From: an uncultured Coriobacteriales bacterium
GTDB lineage: Bacteria; Actinomycetota; Coriobacteriia; Anaerosomatales; CAVXGS01
DNA length: 64,000 nt
Direction: 5' to 3'
NCBI GenBank assembly: GCA_963761535.1
Contig: CAVXGS010000002.1
Coordinates: 1,189,852-1,253,851, forward strand
In this document: piece after piece, positions 33,403 through 43,084 of the stretch
Position numbering within the stretch: position 1 is the stretch's first letter
Layout of the letters: every line of letters starts with the position of its first letter
Program-made: the position numbers and the translations under genes
Notes under the pieces: model-generated
The model's database searches: none
What the model was told of the DNA's origin: nothing
What the model saw: the letters and a program-made list of their open reading frames with translations, nothing else

Positions 33403-34233
33403 TCAGTCGGAGTTGCGGGCCTGCCGCGTCGACACGGTCCTCCCCAGCACCTTCTCCGTCGCCGCCAGGAAGGCGTCGAGGATGAGCGCGAGTCCCGCAG
33501 CCAGCAGCGCACCCTGAAGCGTGACCGCCGGATCGAGGTTCGCCAGTCCGCTGATGATGGGACCGCCGAGACCTCCGGCGTTGATCGTGGCCCCGATCGT
33601 GGCCGTGGCCACGCCGACCACGACCGCGACACGCACGCCGGCGAAGATCACCGGTGCCGCGACGGGCAGCTCCGCGCGCCAGAGCACCTGGCCGGGCCGC
33701 ATTCCCATCGCCCGAGCGGACTCGAGCACGGTCGAAGGGACGCTTCGCAGGCCCTCGATGGTGTTCTGAAGCACGGGGAGGATGCCGTACAGCGTCAGGG
33801 CGAACACCGTGGGCCGGAAGCCGAGCCCGAGCAGGGGGACCGAGAGGGTGAGCACGGCGATGGGCGGGAACGTCTCGCCGAAGTTCGCAAGGTCCGAAAC
33901 GGTGTCGTAGAAGTCGGCGCCGGCGGGCCGGGTCACGAACACCCCGAGCCCTATCCCGATCAGCGTGGACAGCGTCGCGGCGACGGCGACCATGGCGAGA
34001 TGCTGCCCGATGAGGGTGAGCATGTCCGCGTTCTGGTAGAGCAGTCGTCGCTCGTCCGGGAACAGCGCGTGGAGCACGGCTCGCCACAGGTTGGGCATTG
34101 AGGCGAGGACGAGGTAGACCACCGCCGCGACGATCGGGCCCCTGAACGCCTTCCAGAAGCGAGTGGCACCGCCACGCCTGCCGGGAGTGCGTGCGGCGGG
34201 TCCTTCCAGGGCTGCGGGTGCCTCGCCGCTCAT
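33403..34233 (-). CDS. glycine betaine/choline-type (OpuC/ProU-like) ABC transporter permease
   Basis: Polytopic BPD_transp_1-type permease (ESARAMGMRPGQVLWRAELPVAAPVIFAGVRVA). ATG overlaps the ATPase stop (ATGA). Confidence 0.8.
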   Translation of the reverse strand: MSGEAPAALEGPAARTPGRRGGATRFWKAFRGPIVAAVVYLVLASMPNLWRAVLHALFPDERRLLYQNADMLTLIGQHLAMVAVAATLSTLIGIGLGVFVTRPAGADFYDTVSDLANFGETFPPIAVLTLSVPLLGLGFRPTVFALTLYGILPVLQNTIEGLRSVPSTVLESARAMGMRPGQVLWRAELPVAAPVIFAGVRVAVVVGVATATIGATINAGGLGGPIISGLANLDPAVTLQGALLAAGLALILDAFLAATEKVLGRTVSTRQARNSD

Positions 34234-35228
34234 TCCACGGGCTCCCTGAACGGTCTCATGACGTCATCCAGCGACACGGAGCCGATCGTGTTCCCGGCCG
34301 CGTCGCACACCGGCAGCACCTGCGTCGCCGCCTCGAGCAGCTTGGCGAGCGCCAGTCGAAGGTCGGCGTCTTCGGGAATCGAGAGGGTGTCGCGCGACGC
34401 CGCCTGAGCTGCCGCGATCTGCTCGGCGATCTCACCGCTCTCCGCACGCTCGCGAGGCCCCATCACGCTGGAGACGCGGTTGAGGGACAGCCGCTTGAGC
34501 GCGCGCTCGCCGCCCACGAACCCGGCGACGAAGTCGTCACTGGGGTACGCCAGCACGCGCTCGGGCACGTCGTACTGCACGAGCGCCCCTTCGCGCATCA
34601 CCGCGATCCGATCCCCCATCTTGATGGCCTCGTCCATGTCGTGGGTCACGAACACGACCGTCTTGCGCAGACGGGCCTGGATGCCGAGAAACTCGCGCTG
34701 GAGCCTGTCGCGCGTCAGCGGATCGACCGCGCCGAACGGCTCGTCCATCAGCAGCACCGGCGGGTCGGCGGCAAGCGCCCTGGCGACTCCCACGCGCTGC
34801 GCCTCGCCGCCGGAGAGCTCGTCGGGATACTTGCCCGCGTAGACCGCGGGATCGAGACCGACGAGCGCGAGCAGCTCGTCGATGCGGGCGTCTCGGCGAG
34901 GCTGGTCCCAACCCAGAAGCCAGGGGACGGTGCCGATGTTGTCGTGGACGGTCCAGTGCGGGAACAGCCCCACGCCCTGGATGGCGTAGCCGATCCCCCG
35001 GCGCAGCGTCTCGAGCTTCATGGATCGGACGTCGGTGCCGTCGAGCTCGATGGTGCCCGAGTCGGGTTCGATCAGCCGGTTGATCATGCGCAACGTGGTC
35101 GACTTGCCGCAGCCGCTCGGTCCGATCAGCACGACGACCTGCCGGTCGGGGATGTCGAGGGTCAGGAAGTTCACGGCGGGCCGCTCGTGCCCCGCGTACG
35201 CCTTGGTCACATCCCGCAGGGAGATCAT
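34230..35228 (-). CDS. osmoprotectant ABC transporter ATP-binding protein with C-terminal CBS pair
   Basis: Walker A GPSGCGKSTTL, signature LSGGEAQRVGVARAL, Walker B LLMDEPFGAVD and a CBS-like tail (VSSVMGP...LPVCDAAGNTIGSVSLDDVM). Confidence 0.85.
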   Translation of the reverse strand: MISLRDVTKAYAGHERPAVNFLTLDIPDRQVVVLIGPSGCGKSTTLRMINRLIEPDSGTIELDGTDVRSMKLETLRRGIGYAIQGVGLFPHWTVHDNIGTVPWLLGWDQPRRDARIDELLALVGLDPAVYAGKYPDELSGGEAQRVGVARALAADPPVLLMDEPFGAVDPLTRDRLQREFLGIQARLRKTVVFVTHDMDEAIKMGDRIAVMREGALVQYDVPERVLAYPSDDFVAGFVGGERALKRLSLNRVSSVMGPRERAESGEIAEQIAAAQAASRDTLSIPEDADLRLALAKLLEAATQVLPVCDAAGNTIGSVSLDDVMRPFREPVE

Positions 35229-36418
35229 TCGACCCGCCCTTCTGCTCGGAAGTGCCTCGGCGTGACCGCTCGCTGCACGCCTCGCAGCAGGATGTCGACA
35301 CTGAGCGCGAGCGTGACGAGAGCGATCGATCCAAGGATGACGAGGTTCGGTGCGGTCTGGGAGACGCCGGTGAAGATGATGCGGCCCAGGGTCGCGGCGA
35401 ACACGAAGTAGCCGAGCGTGGCGTTGCCGATCGTCTGCTGGGACGAGACTCGGATGCCGGAGAACAGGATGGGCATGGCGAGGGGGAGCTGCACGCGTCG
35501 GAGCACCTGCGACTCCGAAAGCCCCATGCCCCGCGCCGCCTCAACGGTGGCCGCCGGCACCGCCTGAAGACCCACGTAGGTGTTGCGCACGATCGCGAGC
35601 AGAGCGTACAGCGTGAGCGCGATGAGCAGCGGCGCCCACCCCAGAACGCTGACGCCCAGCCCTCGCGCGATCGCCGAGCGGGCCGAGATCGCTCCGAGGG
35701 GTATCGCCAGCAGGCCGATCATCGCAAGCCCGGGGATGGTCTGGAACACGGAAGCCACGCCGAAGACCGGCTCGGCGAATCGCGGTACGCGGAAGGCGAG
35801 TACGCCGAGCGCGACGCCGAATACGATCGCGAGAAGGATCGCGACCACCGAGTAGAACAGGTGCAGGCCCACGAGCGTCCAGAACTCGGTCGACCAGTTG
35901 CGGAACTCCGCGGCGATGCCGAGCGAGGAAAGCGCGCCGGTGATCGCAAGCGCCACGAGCCCCACCGGAACCGCGACCATCATGAGCCACGAGAGCGGCG
36001 ACCCGATGCCTGTCTCCCGACGCGACGCGATCAGCAGCATGAACGCGAAGACCGCCGAGAGCCACAACGCGCCGCCGATGGAGTAGCGCGCGAAGGTCCC
36101 GGCGGAGGGGACGACCCGAGCGGCCACGACGCCCGACAGCCAGAAGCCGCCCACGATGATCGCTGCCGCGAGCAGGCCGCGGGTGGCACTCGCCCACCTC
36201 GGCCCGGGCCGTCCACCGGCAAAGAGCGACAGGAGCAGACACGCCACCCACGCAAGGACGAACGCGGCGGCGCCGGCCCTCGGCACGTCGGGACCGAGGA
36301 TCCCGAACCCGACCGGGTTCGAGATCCGGGATTTCGCGACCGCCCCGAACCCGCCGAGCGCGAGCGCGGCGAGTCCGGAGGCGGACGCGACGAGACCTAC
36401 CTTATGGATGCGCAGCAT
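35225..36418 (-). CDS. osmoprotectant ABC transporter permease with an extended N-terminal membrane domain
   Basis: 397 aa. C-terminal half is permease-like (EAARGMGLSESQVLRRVQLPLAMPILFSGIRVS). The N-terminal ~180 aa adds extra TM helices. Confidence 0.75.
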   Translation of the reverse strand: MLRIHKVGLVASASGLAALALGGFGAVAKSRISNPVGFGILGPDVPRAGAAAFVLAWVACLLLSLFAGGRPGPRWASATRGLLAAAIIVGGFWLSGVVAARVVPSAGTFARYSIGGALWLSAVFAFMLLIASRRETGIGSPLSWLMMVAVPVGLVALAITGALSSLGIAAEFRNWSTEFWTLVGLHLFYSVVAILLAIVFGVALGVLAFRVPRFAEPVFGVASVFQTIPGLAMIGLLAIPLGAISARSAIARGLGVSVLGWAPLLIALTLYALLAIVRNTYVGLQAVPAATVEAARGMGLSESQVLRRVQLPLAMPILFSGIRVSSQQTIGNATLGYFVFAATLGRIIFTGVSQTAPNLVILGSIALVTLALSVDILLRGVQRAVTPRHFRAEGRVE

Positions 36419-36445
36419 GGGAGCCAGCGTCCGACCGCGGCCCCG

Positions 36446-37432
36446 CTACTGGATGAACCCGCCCTGCTTGAGGTAGTCCTCGGCGACCTTCTTGGCGTCT
36501 TCACCCTGCACCTGGATCCGGGCATTCAACTCCTGCAGCCGCTCGATGGTGAGGGACTCGAAGACCGGTGCGAGCAGCCCGGCGATCTCGGGGTACTTGT
36601 CGAGCGTCGCCTTGCGGATGGTCGGCACGGGCCAGTAGACGAGCTGCGCTTCCTTGTCGTCCTGAAGCACCTGAAGGCCGAGATCGGCCAGCGCGCCGTC
36701 GGTGCCGTAGGCCATGCCGAAGTTCACGCCGTCGGTCCCGTCAGCCACGGCCTTCTCCGTCTGCGCGGTGTTCCCGCCCGAGAAGATGACCTTCTGGCCC
36801 TTAGCGAGGTCGAACCCGTAGACCTTGGCGAAGGCCGGCCACGCGTCGACGTTGTTGAAGAACTCGTCGGAGGCGGCCACCTTCGTGGGCTTGCCGCCCT
36901 TCACGTACGCAGCCATGTCCGACATCGTCTCGACCCCGTTGGCCGCGGCGAAGTCCTTCTTCACGGCGATCGCCCACGTGTTGTTCGCCCTCGCGGGGGC
37001 GAGCCACACCACGCCGTTGGGCGCGTCGAGCCGCTTGACGGTCTCGTAGCCCTTCACGGGGTCCTTGAACGTCTCGGCGGTCGCGTCCGCGTTCCCTTCG
37101 AAGAACAGCAGCCCGGAGCCCGTGTACTCGGGATAGACGTCGATGTCGCCTGCGAGCAGCGCCTTTCGAACCACGTCGGTCTGACCGGTCTGGCTCTTGT
37201 CCTCGACGGTGAAGCCGGCGTTCGCCAGCGTGAGCTCGATCATCGAGGCGAGCAGCTCGCCTTCGGTGTCGATCTTCGAACCGACCTTGATCGGTCCCTT
37301 GGCTTCGGACGCGCCGCCCGTGGTGCTCGAGCCGCTGTCCTGACCCGAACCTCCGCCCGCGCAGCCTGCGACGAGCGCCAACACCGCCACCGCCGCGAAC
37401 AGGGCCGCAGCCATTCTCCAGCTCTTTCGCAT
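36446..37432 (-). CDS. glycine betaine/choline-binding lipoprotein (OpuAC-family substrate-binding protein)
   Basis: Lipobox LALVAGCAGG, then the OpuAC-like KVGSKIDTEGELLASMIELTL...DVYPEYTGSGL...NTWAIAV. Confidence 0.8.
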   Translation of the reverse strand: MRKSWRMAAALFAAVAVLALVAGCAGGGSGQDSGSSTTGGASEAKGPIKVGSKIDTEGELLASMIELTLANAGFTVEDKSQTGQTDVVRKALLAGDIDVYPEYTGSGLLFFEGNADATAETFKDPVKGYETVKRLDAPNGVVWLAPARANNTWAIAVKKDFAAANGVETMSDMAAYVKGGKPTKVAASDEFFNNVDAWPAFAKVYGFDLAKGQKVIFSGGNTAQTEKAVADGTDGVNFGMAYGTDGALADLGLQVLQDDKEAQLVYWPVPTIRKATLDKYPEIAGLLAPVFESLTIERLQELNARIQVQGEDAKKVAEDYLKQGGFIQ

Positions 37433-37511
37433 GTCCCACTCCCCTCGGCCTGCGGCCTACCGAGCCGCACGTGCTGCACGTCCGTGCTGGTTCTATTTGT
37501 ATGGTTGATGC

Positions 37512-37540
37512 ATTCTATAAGGAAAAGCCAAGTACGTGAA
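37512..37540 (-). promoter_or_regulatory. candidate sigma70-type promoter of the osmoprotectant transporter operon
   Basis: On the minus strand: TTCACG (37540-37535), 17-nt spacer, TAGAAT (37517-37512). It sits in the most AT-rich stretch of the window, about 80 nt upstream of the binding-protein ATG. Confidence 0.4.
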
Positions 37541-37758
37541 CTGTTGTCCCGCTCATGCGTCCTGCGCCGCGACGGGAGTACGAGCAATCCCCCGCAGACT
37601 AGCGCGCTGGGCAAATCTACCAAGAGCGTACCCCTTCTCACCCAAGCGACCTGCCCTGCTCGTTCGATGGGGAGTAGTAGGATGGACGCGGTTTTGCCCG
37701 CTTCTGCCGCTCGTCACAATAAGTCGAACGTCGTCCAGCAGTTCGCCGAGGAGGACAC

Positions 37759-38907
37759 GTGCCCAGCTTTCGCCTGATCGATCCAGCACTGGAGCCCATC
37801 GCGGATAAGCTTGCCGCCGGAGAGCGGCTGTCCCGCGAGGACGGCATCGCGCTGTATGCGAGCTCGGACCTGGTCGGGATCGGGCAGCTGGCCGACTTCG
37901 CCCGGCGGCGCCTGAACGGCGAGCGCGTCTACTTCATGGTCAACCGACACATCAACCCCACCAACATCTGCCGCAACCGCTGCAAGTTCTGCGCGTTCGC
38001 CCGGTCTGCAGGTGAAGAGGGGGCGTACGAGATGACGCTCGACGCGGTGGCCGAGGCAGCGGCGGAGGGTGCGGCCGACGGTGCGTACGAGATCCACATC
38101 GTCTCCGGGCTACACCCCGACTGGAGCTACGACTTCTACGTGGACATGGTGCGTCGCGTCCGCAACGCCGTGCCCAAGCAGGTGATCGTACAAGCCTTCA
38201 CAGCCGTCGAGATCGAGCACATGGCGATCATCAGCGGCAAGCCCACCCTCGAGGTGCTGCGCGACCTCAAGGACGCCGGTCTCGACGCGCTGCCGGGAGG
38301 CGGTGCCGAGATCTTCAGCGACCGCACGCGGATGGCCGCGTGGGACAAGAAGACGAAGTCCGACGTCTGGCTGCGCATCCACGGGGAGGCACACTCGCTC
38401 GGCATCAAGACCAACTGCACGATGCTCTACGGACACATCGAGACCCACGAGGAGCGCGTCGACCACCTGATCCGCCTGCGCGAGCAGCAGGACGCGAGCG
38501 GCGGGTTCCTCGCGTTCATCCCGCTCGCGTTCCACCCCGCCAACACCGAGCTCGAGGACCTGCCCGGCACCACTGGCTTCGACGATCTCAAGACGCTCGC
38601 CATCGCCAGACTGATGCTCGACAACATCCCGCACATCAAGGCGTTCTGGATCATGGTCGGGCTCAAGATCGCGCAGATCTCGACCTGCTTCGGCGTCGAC
38701 GACATCGATGGCACCGTGGTGGAGGAGAAGATCACTCACATGGCGGGTGCGACTACGCCCGAGGCGCTGTCGAAGGACGACCTCGTCGGAATGATCGCGC
38801 AGACCGGCCACGTGCCCGTCGAGCGGGACACCCTCTACCGAATCGTCCACACCTACGCCGAGGAGCCCCACGCACCGGCGTGGGACGCGGGCCCGATCGA
38901 GGCCTGA
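37759..38907 (+). CDS. mqnE: aminodeoxyfutalosine synthase (radical SAM, MqnE-type)
   Basis: GERLSREDGIALY...VNRHINPTNICRNRCKFCAFA (CxxxCxxC), TMLYGHIETHEERVDHLIRLREQQD and GGFLAFIPLAF follow my recollection of MqnE rather than MqnC. GTG start with GAGGAGGA upstream. Confidence 0.75.
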   Translation: MPSFRLIDPALEPIADKLAAGERLSREDGIALYASSDLVGIGQLADFARRRLNGERVYFMVNRHINPTNICRNRCKFCAFARSAGEEGAYEMTLDAVAEAAAEGAADGAYEIHIVSGLHPDWSYDFYVDMVRRVRNAVPKQVIVQAFTAVEIEHMAIISGKPTLEVLRDLKDAGLDALPGGGAEIFSDRTRMAAWDKKTKSDVWLRIHGEAHSLGIKTNCTMLYGHIETHEERVDHLIRLREQQDASGGFLAFIPLAFHPANTELEDLPGTTGFDDLKTLAIARLMLDNIPHIKAFWIMVGLKIAQISTCFGVDDIDGTVVEEKITHMAGATTPEALSKDDLVGMIAQTGHVPVERDTLYRIVHTYAEEPHAPAWDAGPIEA

Positions 38908-38949
38908 CGAGCCCCGCAGGCGATCGCGCGAACTAGCGGGCCGCGCTCG

Positions 38950-40242
38950 CTAGTGGGTCGAGCAGGAGATGCACGGGTCGTACGAGCGAACCAGCATCTC
39001 GAGCGCGAGACGGATCTCGTCCTCCGTCTTCTCGGCGGCGAGCAAGCGCGGCAGCAGGACGTCGAAGTCGCCCTGGATGTTCGCGTGGTTCTGGTTCGTG
39101 GGGATGATGCAGTTCGCCTCGGTGCAGAATCCTTCGGCGTCGTAGGTGTACTCGTGGAAGAGGATGCCGCGAGGCACCTCGACCGCCGAGGCCCCCGTAC
39201 CGAATCCCTGCGGCTCGACGAGCGGCTCGTGCTCGAGTCCGTCATCCAGCAGTTCGTCCATCAGCCGGAGCGCCTCGTGGTACGAGTGCACGATCTCGAC
39301 GACCTGGGCGACGGTGTTGAAGTAGGGGTTGGTGCAGACCGGCTGGATGCCGAGCCGCTCGGCGGCCTTCTTCGCCTCGGGGTGGAGCTGGTCGTAGTTG
39401 ACGTTGAACCGGGCGAGCGCGCCGGCGGCGTAGCTGTCGAGCCGGTTGCGGGTGTACTTGGCGGTCGACTGTGGCGAGACGTACTCGTTGGTGCAGGTGC
39501 GGTAGTCGGCGACGGGGTAGCGCTCGCGGCTCCCGTCGGCGAGGACCGTCTGTACATCGCCGTCGTAGAGGCCGTACTCCGTGTCCGACGACAGGGCCAT
39601 GTACTCGGTGGGCCTGTCGAAGCTCGGAACGTTCAGGGCGAGCGCCGCGATCGTCTCGAGGGTCGCCTCGAGGTCGGGAGCTGCTGCGGCGAGCCGATCG
39701 CGCATCTCGGCGAGCTCGGCGGTCTCGGGCACCTTCGAGAAGCCGCCGGGGAGGACCGTCGTGGGGTGCGTGGTGCGGCCGCCGACGAGCGAGCCCCACT
39801 CGTGTGCCAGCCGCTTGAGGCGCAGCGCCCGCGCGACGATCTCGGCGTGGGTCGGCACGAGTGCGAACGCCGAGGGGGCGCCCAGCAAGTCGGGGGCGGC
39901 GAGCAGGTAGACGTGCAGCACGTGGCTGTCGAAGTTCTCGGCATGCTTGAGGAGGGTGCGGAGCTTGCGGGTCTGCTCGGTGACCTCGATGCCCAGTGCG
40001 GCCTCGGTCGCCTTGACCGACGCAAGGGTGTGGCCGATCGAGCAGATGCCGCAGATCCGGCTCGTGATGCGCGCGACCTCGGAGTAGTGACGCCCCCGGC
40101 ACATCGCCTCGAAGAAGCGCGGCGCCTCGGGAACCTGCCACTCGCAGCGCTCGATGGCGCCGTCGGTCACCTTGATCGCAATGTTGCCGTGGCCCTCGAC
40201 CCGGGTCACGTGATGGACGTCGATGGAGATGTTCCGGGGCAT
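38950..40242 (-). CDS. hyhL: [NiFe]-hydrogenase large subunit, group-3b-like
   Basis: N-terminal Ni-binding motif RICGICSIGH. C-terminal motif DPCISCSTH forms the last residues before the stop. 430 aa. Confidence 0.85.
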   Translation of the reverse strand: MPRNISIDVHHVTRVEGHGNIAIKVTDGAIERCEWQVPEAPRFFEAMCRGRHYSEVARITSRICGICSIGHTLASVKATEAALGIEVTEQTRKLRTLLKHAENFDSHVLHVYLLAAPDLLGAPSAFALVPTHAEIVARALRLKRLAHEWGSLVGGRTTHPTTVLPGGFSKVPETAELAEMRDRLAAAAPDLEATLETIAALALNVPSFDRPTEYMALSSDTEYGLYDGDVQTVLADGSRERYPVADYRTCTNEYVSPQSTAKYTRNRLDSYAAGALARFNVNYDQLHPEAKKAAERLGIQPVCTNPYFNTVAQVVEIVHSYHEALRLMDELLDDGLEHEPLVEPQGFGTGASAVEVPRGILFHEYTYDAEGFCTEANCIIPTNQNHANIQGDFDVLLPRLLAAEKTEDEIRLALEMLVRSYDPCISCSTH

Positions 40243-40249
40243 GGGGCGC

Positions 40250-41002
40250 CTAGCTCCTCAGGTTCGCGGTGAACATGCGGGACTTGCTGACCGCGCGCCG
40301 TTGGCTGAAGCCGGCGCGCTCCATGAGCACCTTCTCGAGCGCGGGCAGGTTCGCGTCGAGGACGAAGCCGCGGCACGCCTCGCACGGGATCCCGTCGGCC
40401 GGGCACGGCGCGCCACAGCCGGCACGGGCGACCTGGCCCATGCAGTGGTCGCCCTCGTCGTAGCGGCAGATGTTCTCTCGGCGCTTGCACTGCACGCACA
40501 CCGGATACGTCGGTGCGACGTATGCCGTGCCGTGCAGCAGGTTGGAGATGACGTTGAGAAGCTCGAGCCTGTTGATGGGGCAGCCCATGACCTCGTGATC
40601 CACCTGGATCGCCGCCGAGATGGGCCTCGCGGTGCCGCTGCGGAGGTGCGGCATGCCGGCGTCGTCGCCGTACACGTAGTCCGCGAAATCGTCCTGATGG
40701 TTCTTGAGGGCGTTGATGCCCCCCGTGCACGCACAGGCGCCGTATGCGACGACCGTCTTAGCCCGCTTGCGGATGGACTCGAGACGGGCGCGGTCCTCCT
40801 CGCGGGTGAAGCTTCCCTCGACGAAGGCGATGTCGATGCGCCCGGTGGTGGTCTCGGTCATCGCCTCGCGGAACTCGACGATGTCGACGTGGTTGAGAAG
40901 CTCGAGGATGGCCTCGTCACCGTAGTTGGTGAACTCGATCTGGCAGCCCTCGCAGCTCGCGAAATCGAAGAACGCGACCTTGGGCTTGGGGATCTCGGGC
41001 AT
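40250..41002 (-). CDS. hyhS: [NiFe]-hydrogenase small (delta) subunit
   Basis: Start ATG 41002 inside ORF 40250..41113. Carries FASCEGCQ, GACACTGGI and Cys-rich distal clusters (CVQCKRRENIC...CMGQVARAGCGAPCP...CEAC). Confidence 0.8.
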   Translation of the reverse strand: MPEIPKPKVAFFDFASCEGCQIEFTNYGDEAILELLNHVDIVEFREAMTETTTGRIDIAFVEGSFTREEDRARLESIRKRAKTVVAYGACACTGGINALKNHQDDFADYVYGDDAGMPHLRSGTARPISAAIQVDHEVMGCPINRLELLNVISNLLHGTAYVAPTYPVCVQCKRRENICRYDEGDHCMGQVARAGCGAPCPADGIPCEACRGFVLDANLPALEKVLMERAGFSQRRAVSKSRMFTANLRS

Positions 41003-41004
41003 CG

Positions 41005-41877
41005 TCAGATCGCCTCCTCGAGTTGCTGGATCTCGGCGAACGTGAACACCGGTCCGTCGATGCAGCAGTACTTGTCGTTGATCTGGCAGTGGCCGCACTT
41101 GCCCACGCCGCACTTCATCCGGCGCTCGAGGTCGACGTAGATGTTCTCGCGCTTGATGCCGGCTTGGTCGAGCTCGCGGATCACGAACTCGAACATGACC
41201 GGCGGGCCGCAGATGACGACACGCGTGTTACCCGAGAGCTGGGTGTTGCGGAAGAGCGTCGTGATCACGCCGACGTTGCCGGTCCAGGAGATGTCGGCGC
41301 GATCGACGGTCTCGTGATACTCGATGCCGTGCGTCGCACGCCACACGCCACGGTCCTCGGGGAACAGCAGCTGCAGCGGATCGCGGGCCCCGTAGAACAG
41401 CACGAACCTGCCGAAGTCGTCGCGCTGGTCGGCGATGTACTGGATGAGGCTGCGAGTGGGGCAGATCCCGATGCCGCCCGCGACGATCAGGACGTCGTGT
41501 CCGCGCAAGGCGTCGACGTCGAACCCGTGGCCCAGCGGGCCGCGGACCCACAGCGAGTCGCCGACCTTCTTGTTGTTGATCGCCGTGGAGACCCGGCCGA
41601 CTCGGCGCACCACGATCTCGAAGGTGTTGGTGCGGGTGGGCGAGCTGGCGATACCGATGGGTATCTCGCCGTAGCCCATGACGCCGACCTCGAGGATCTG
41701 GCCGGGCTGGAACTTCAGGGGCGAGCCATCGGCGAACTGCAGCGTGAAGTGCTTCTCGGTGCTGGTGGGCTGGTGCGTGTGGAGGATCTTCGCCTCACGC
41801 GGCAGGAACAGGCTCTGGCGCGCGTCCTCGTCGGCACACTGGCACTCGTGGGTCTCGGCATGGGTTTCGGCGGACAT
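41005..41877 (-). CDS. hyhG: hydrogenase gamma subunit (FAD/NAD(P)-binding oxidoreductase with 2Fe-2S; AsrB-like)
   Basis: Ferredoxin-reductase fold (LIVAGGIGICPTRSL, VICGPPVM) and C-terminal CGVGKCGHCQ...CC motif. ATG 41877 overlaps the hyhB TAA by 1 nt. Confidence 0.8.
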   Translation of the reverse strand: MSAETHAETHECQCADEDARQSLFLPREAKILHTHQPTSTEKHFTLQFADGSPLKFQPGQILEVGVMGYGEIPIGIASSPTRTNTFEIVVRRVGRVSTAINNKKVGDSLWVRGPLGHGFDVDALRGHDVLIVAGGIGICPTRSLIQYIADQRDDFGRFVLFYGARDPLQLLFPEDRGVWRATHGIEYHETVDRADISWTGNVGVITTLFRNTQLSGNTRVVICGPPVMFEFVIRELDQAGIKRENIYVDLERRMKCGVGKCGHCQINDKYCCIDGPVFTFAEIQQLEEAI

Positions 41878-42908
41878 TACGACCTCTCCATGATCGTCGT
41901 GACCACGCGGACGGGATCGGCGATGTCCGCGGTGCACGCCATCGAACAGCGGCCGCAGCCGGTGCACGCGGGACTGCCGAGCTTCTCGTTGAGGTATGCG
42001 CCCTTGCGCATGAAGCGGTGACGGAAGCGCGACCGGTGATGCTCTCGGAAGTTCTCCTTCAGCCCGCCAGGCATCGAGATCGCGGCGAACTCCTTGGTGA
42101 GGCACGCGTCCCAGTACCGGCTACGCGAGCCCGACATCTGGTCGAGGTTCCACAGGTCCTTCATGTCGAAGCAGTAGCACGTCGGGCAGACCGTGTTGCA
42201 CGAGCCGCAGCTGAAGCAGTCGAGCGAGAGCTCGCCCCACAGCTCCTCGTCGTCGAACGACGCGCGCACCTTCTCGGCGATCTCGGCGCTCGAGTACGGG
42301 AGCCGCTCCTGGCACTCGGCGGCGGCCGCGGCGTTCACAGCCTTGGCGGCCTCCACCTCGGCCTTCGTCGCGTCGCGGAAGGTGCCGTGCGCGAGCAGCG
42401 CCTCGCCGGCGGGCGTGCGGGTCTCGAACACGTAGCCACCGTCGATGGCGGTGAGGAACGCGTCGTGACCCTCGGGCTGCTTGCGGTCGATCATCGACGC
42501 CCAGAAGGCCCGAGGGGCGACCCGCTGCACGTTGGACGCGACGATCGTGGTCCGCTCGCGCTGCGCCAGGTAGTCCCAGTCGGCGTTGCGCTCGCGGAAC
42601 AGGAAGTCGGTCATGTCGATGCCGCGGACGTCGTAGGGGTGCACGCCGAGCAGCACGGTGTCCACCGGAACCACCGAGCCCGTCACCGAGGTCTCGTCGA
42701 AGTGCGCGATCTCCTGCTTCGGCGGGAAGAAGACCTTCTTCGGCGGCAGGATCGTGATGTCGTAGTCGAGCCGCAAGACCTCGGCCGAGGCGATCTCGCC
42801 GAAGACGAACTTCGAACGCTTGGCGACGGGCCCCACAACGCGCCCGGCCTGTACGAGCGCGTCCACGAAGGGACCGAAGTCGCGCGCCTCAATGTAGAAG
42901 CTGCTCAC
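41877..42908 (-). CDS. hyhB: hydrogenase beta subunit (4Fe-4S protein; AsrA-like)
   Basis: Cluster motifs CFSCGSCNTVCPTCYC and CTGCGRCSMAC. GTG start preceded by GAGAGGTGGA. Confidence 0.8.
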   Translation of the reverse strand: MSSFYIEARDFGPFVDALVQAGRVVGPVAKRSKFVFGEIASAEVLRLDYDITILPPKKVFFPPKQEIAHFDETSVTGSVVPVDTVLLGVHPYDVRGIDMTDFLFRERNADWDYLAQRERTTIVASNVQRVAPRAFWASMIDRKQPEGHDAFLTAIDGGYVFETRTPAGEALLAHGTFRDATKAEVEAAKAVNAAAAAECQERLPYSSAEIAEKVRASFDDEELWGELSLDCFSCGSCNTVCPTCYCFDMKDLWNLDQMSGSRSRYWDACLTKEFAAISMPGGLKENFREHHRSRFRHRFMRKGAYLNEKLGSPACTGCGRCSMACTADIADPVRVVTTIMERS

Positions 42909-43084
42909 CGTCCACCTCTCGCCGTACCAGATTCGGCAGTCCGAGTAACCCTATAGATGGAGCCGCGCGGGGGCAAGTTCTTTCGGCGGAGTGAACCTTC
43001 GTGGAGCGTCGCTTGACACGGCCATCCGGGGGGACGAACCTCGACGGCGGACCCTCGTCAGACGCCCCGAACGAACGGTGACCA

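Noticed and set aside
37433-37758. Riboswitch or other structured leader in the long intergenic regions (also 58393..58743 and 25297..25610)
   Set aside because: I looked for conserved cores I know (TPP, SAM, cobalamin, glycine, T-box, ykkC-like) and found none. Only short generic hairpins and promoter-like AT-rich elements are visible. A covariance-model scan (Rfam/Infernal) would be needed to exclude them.
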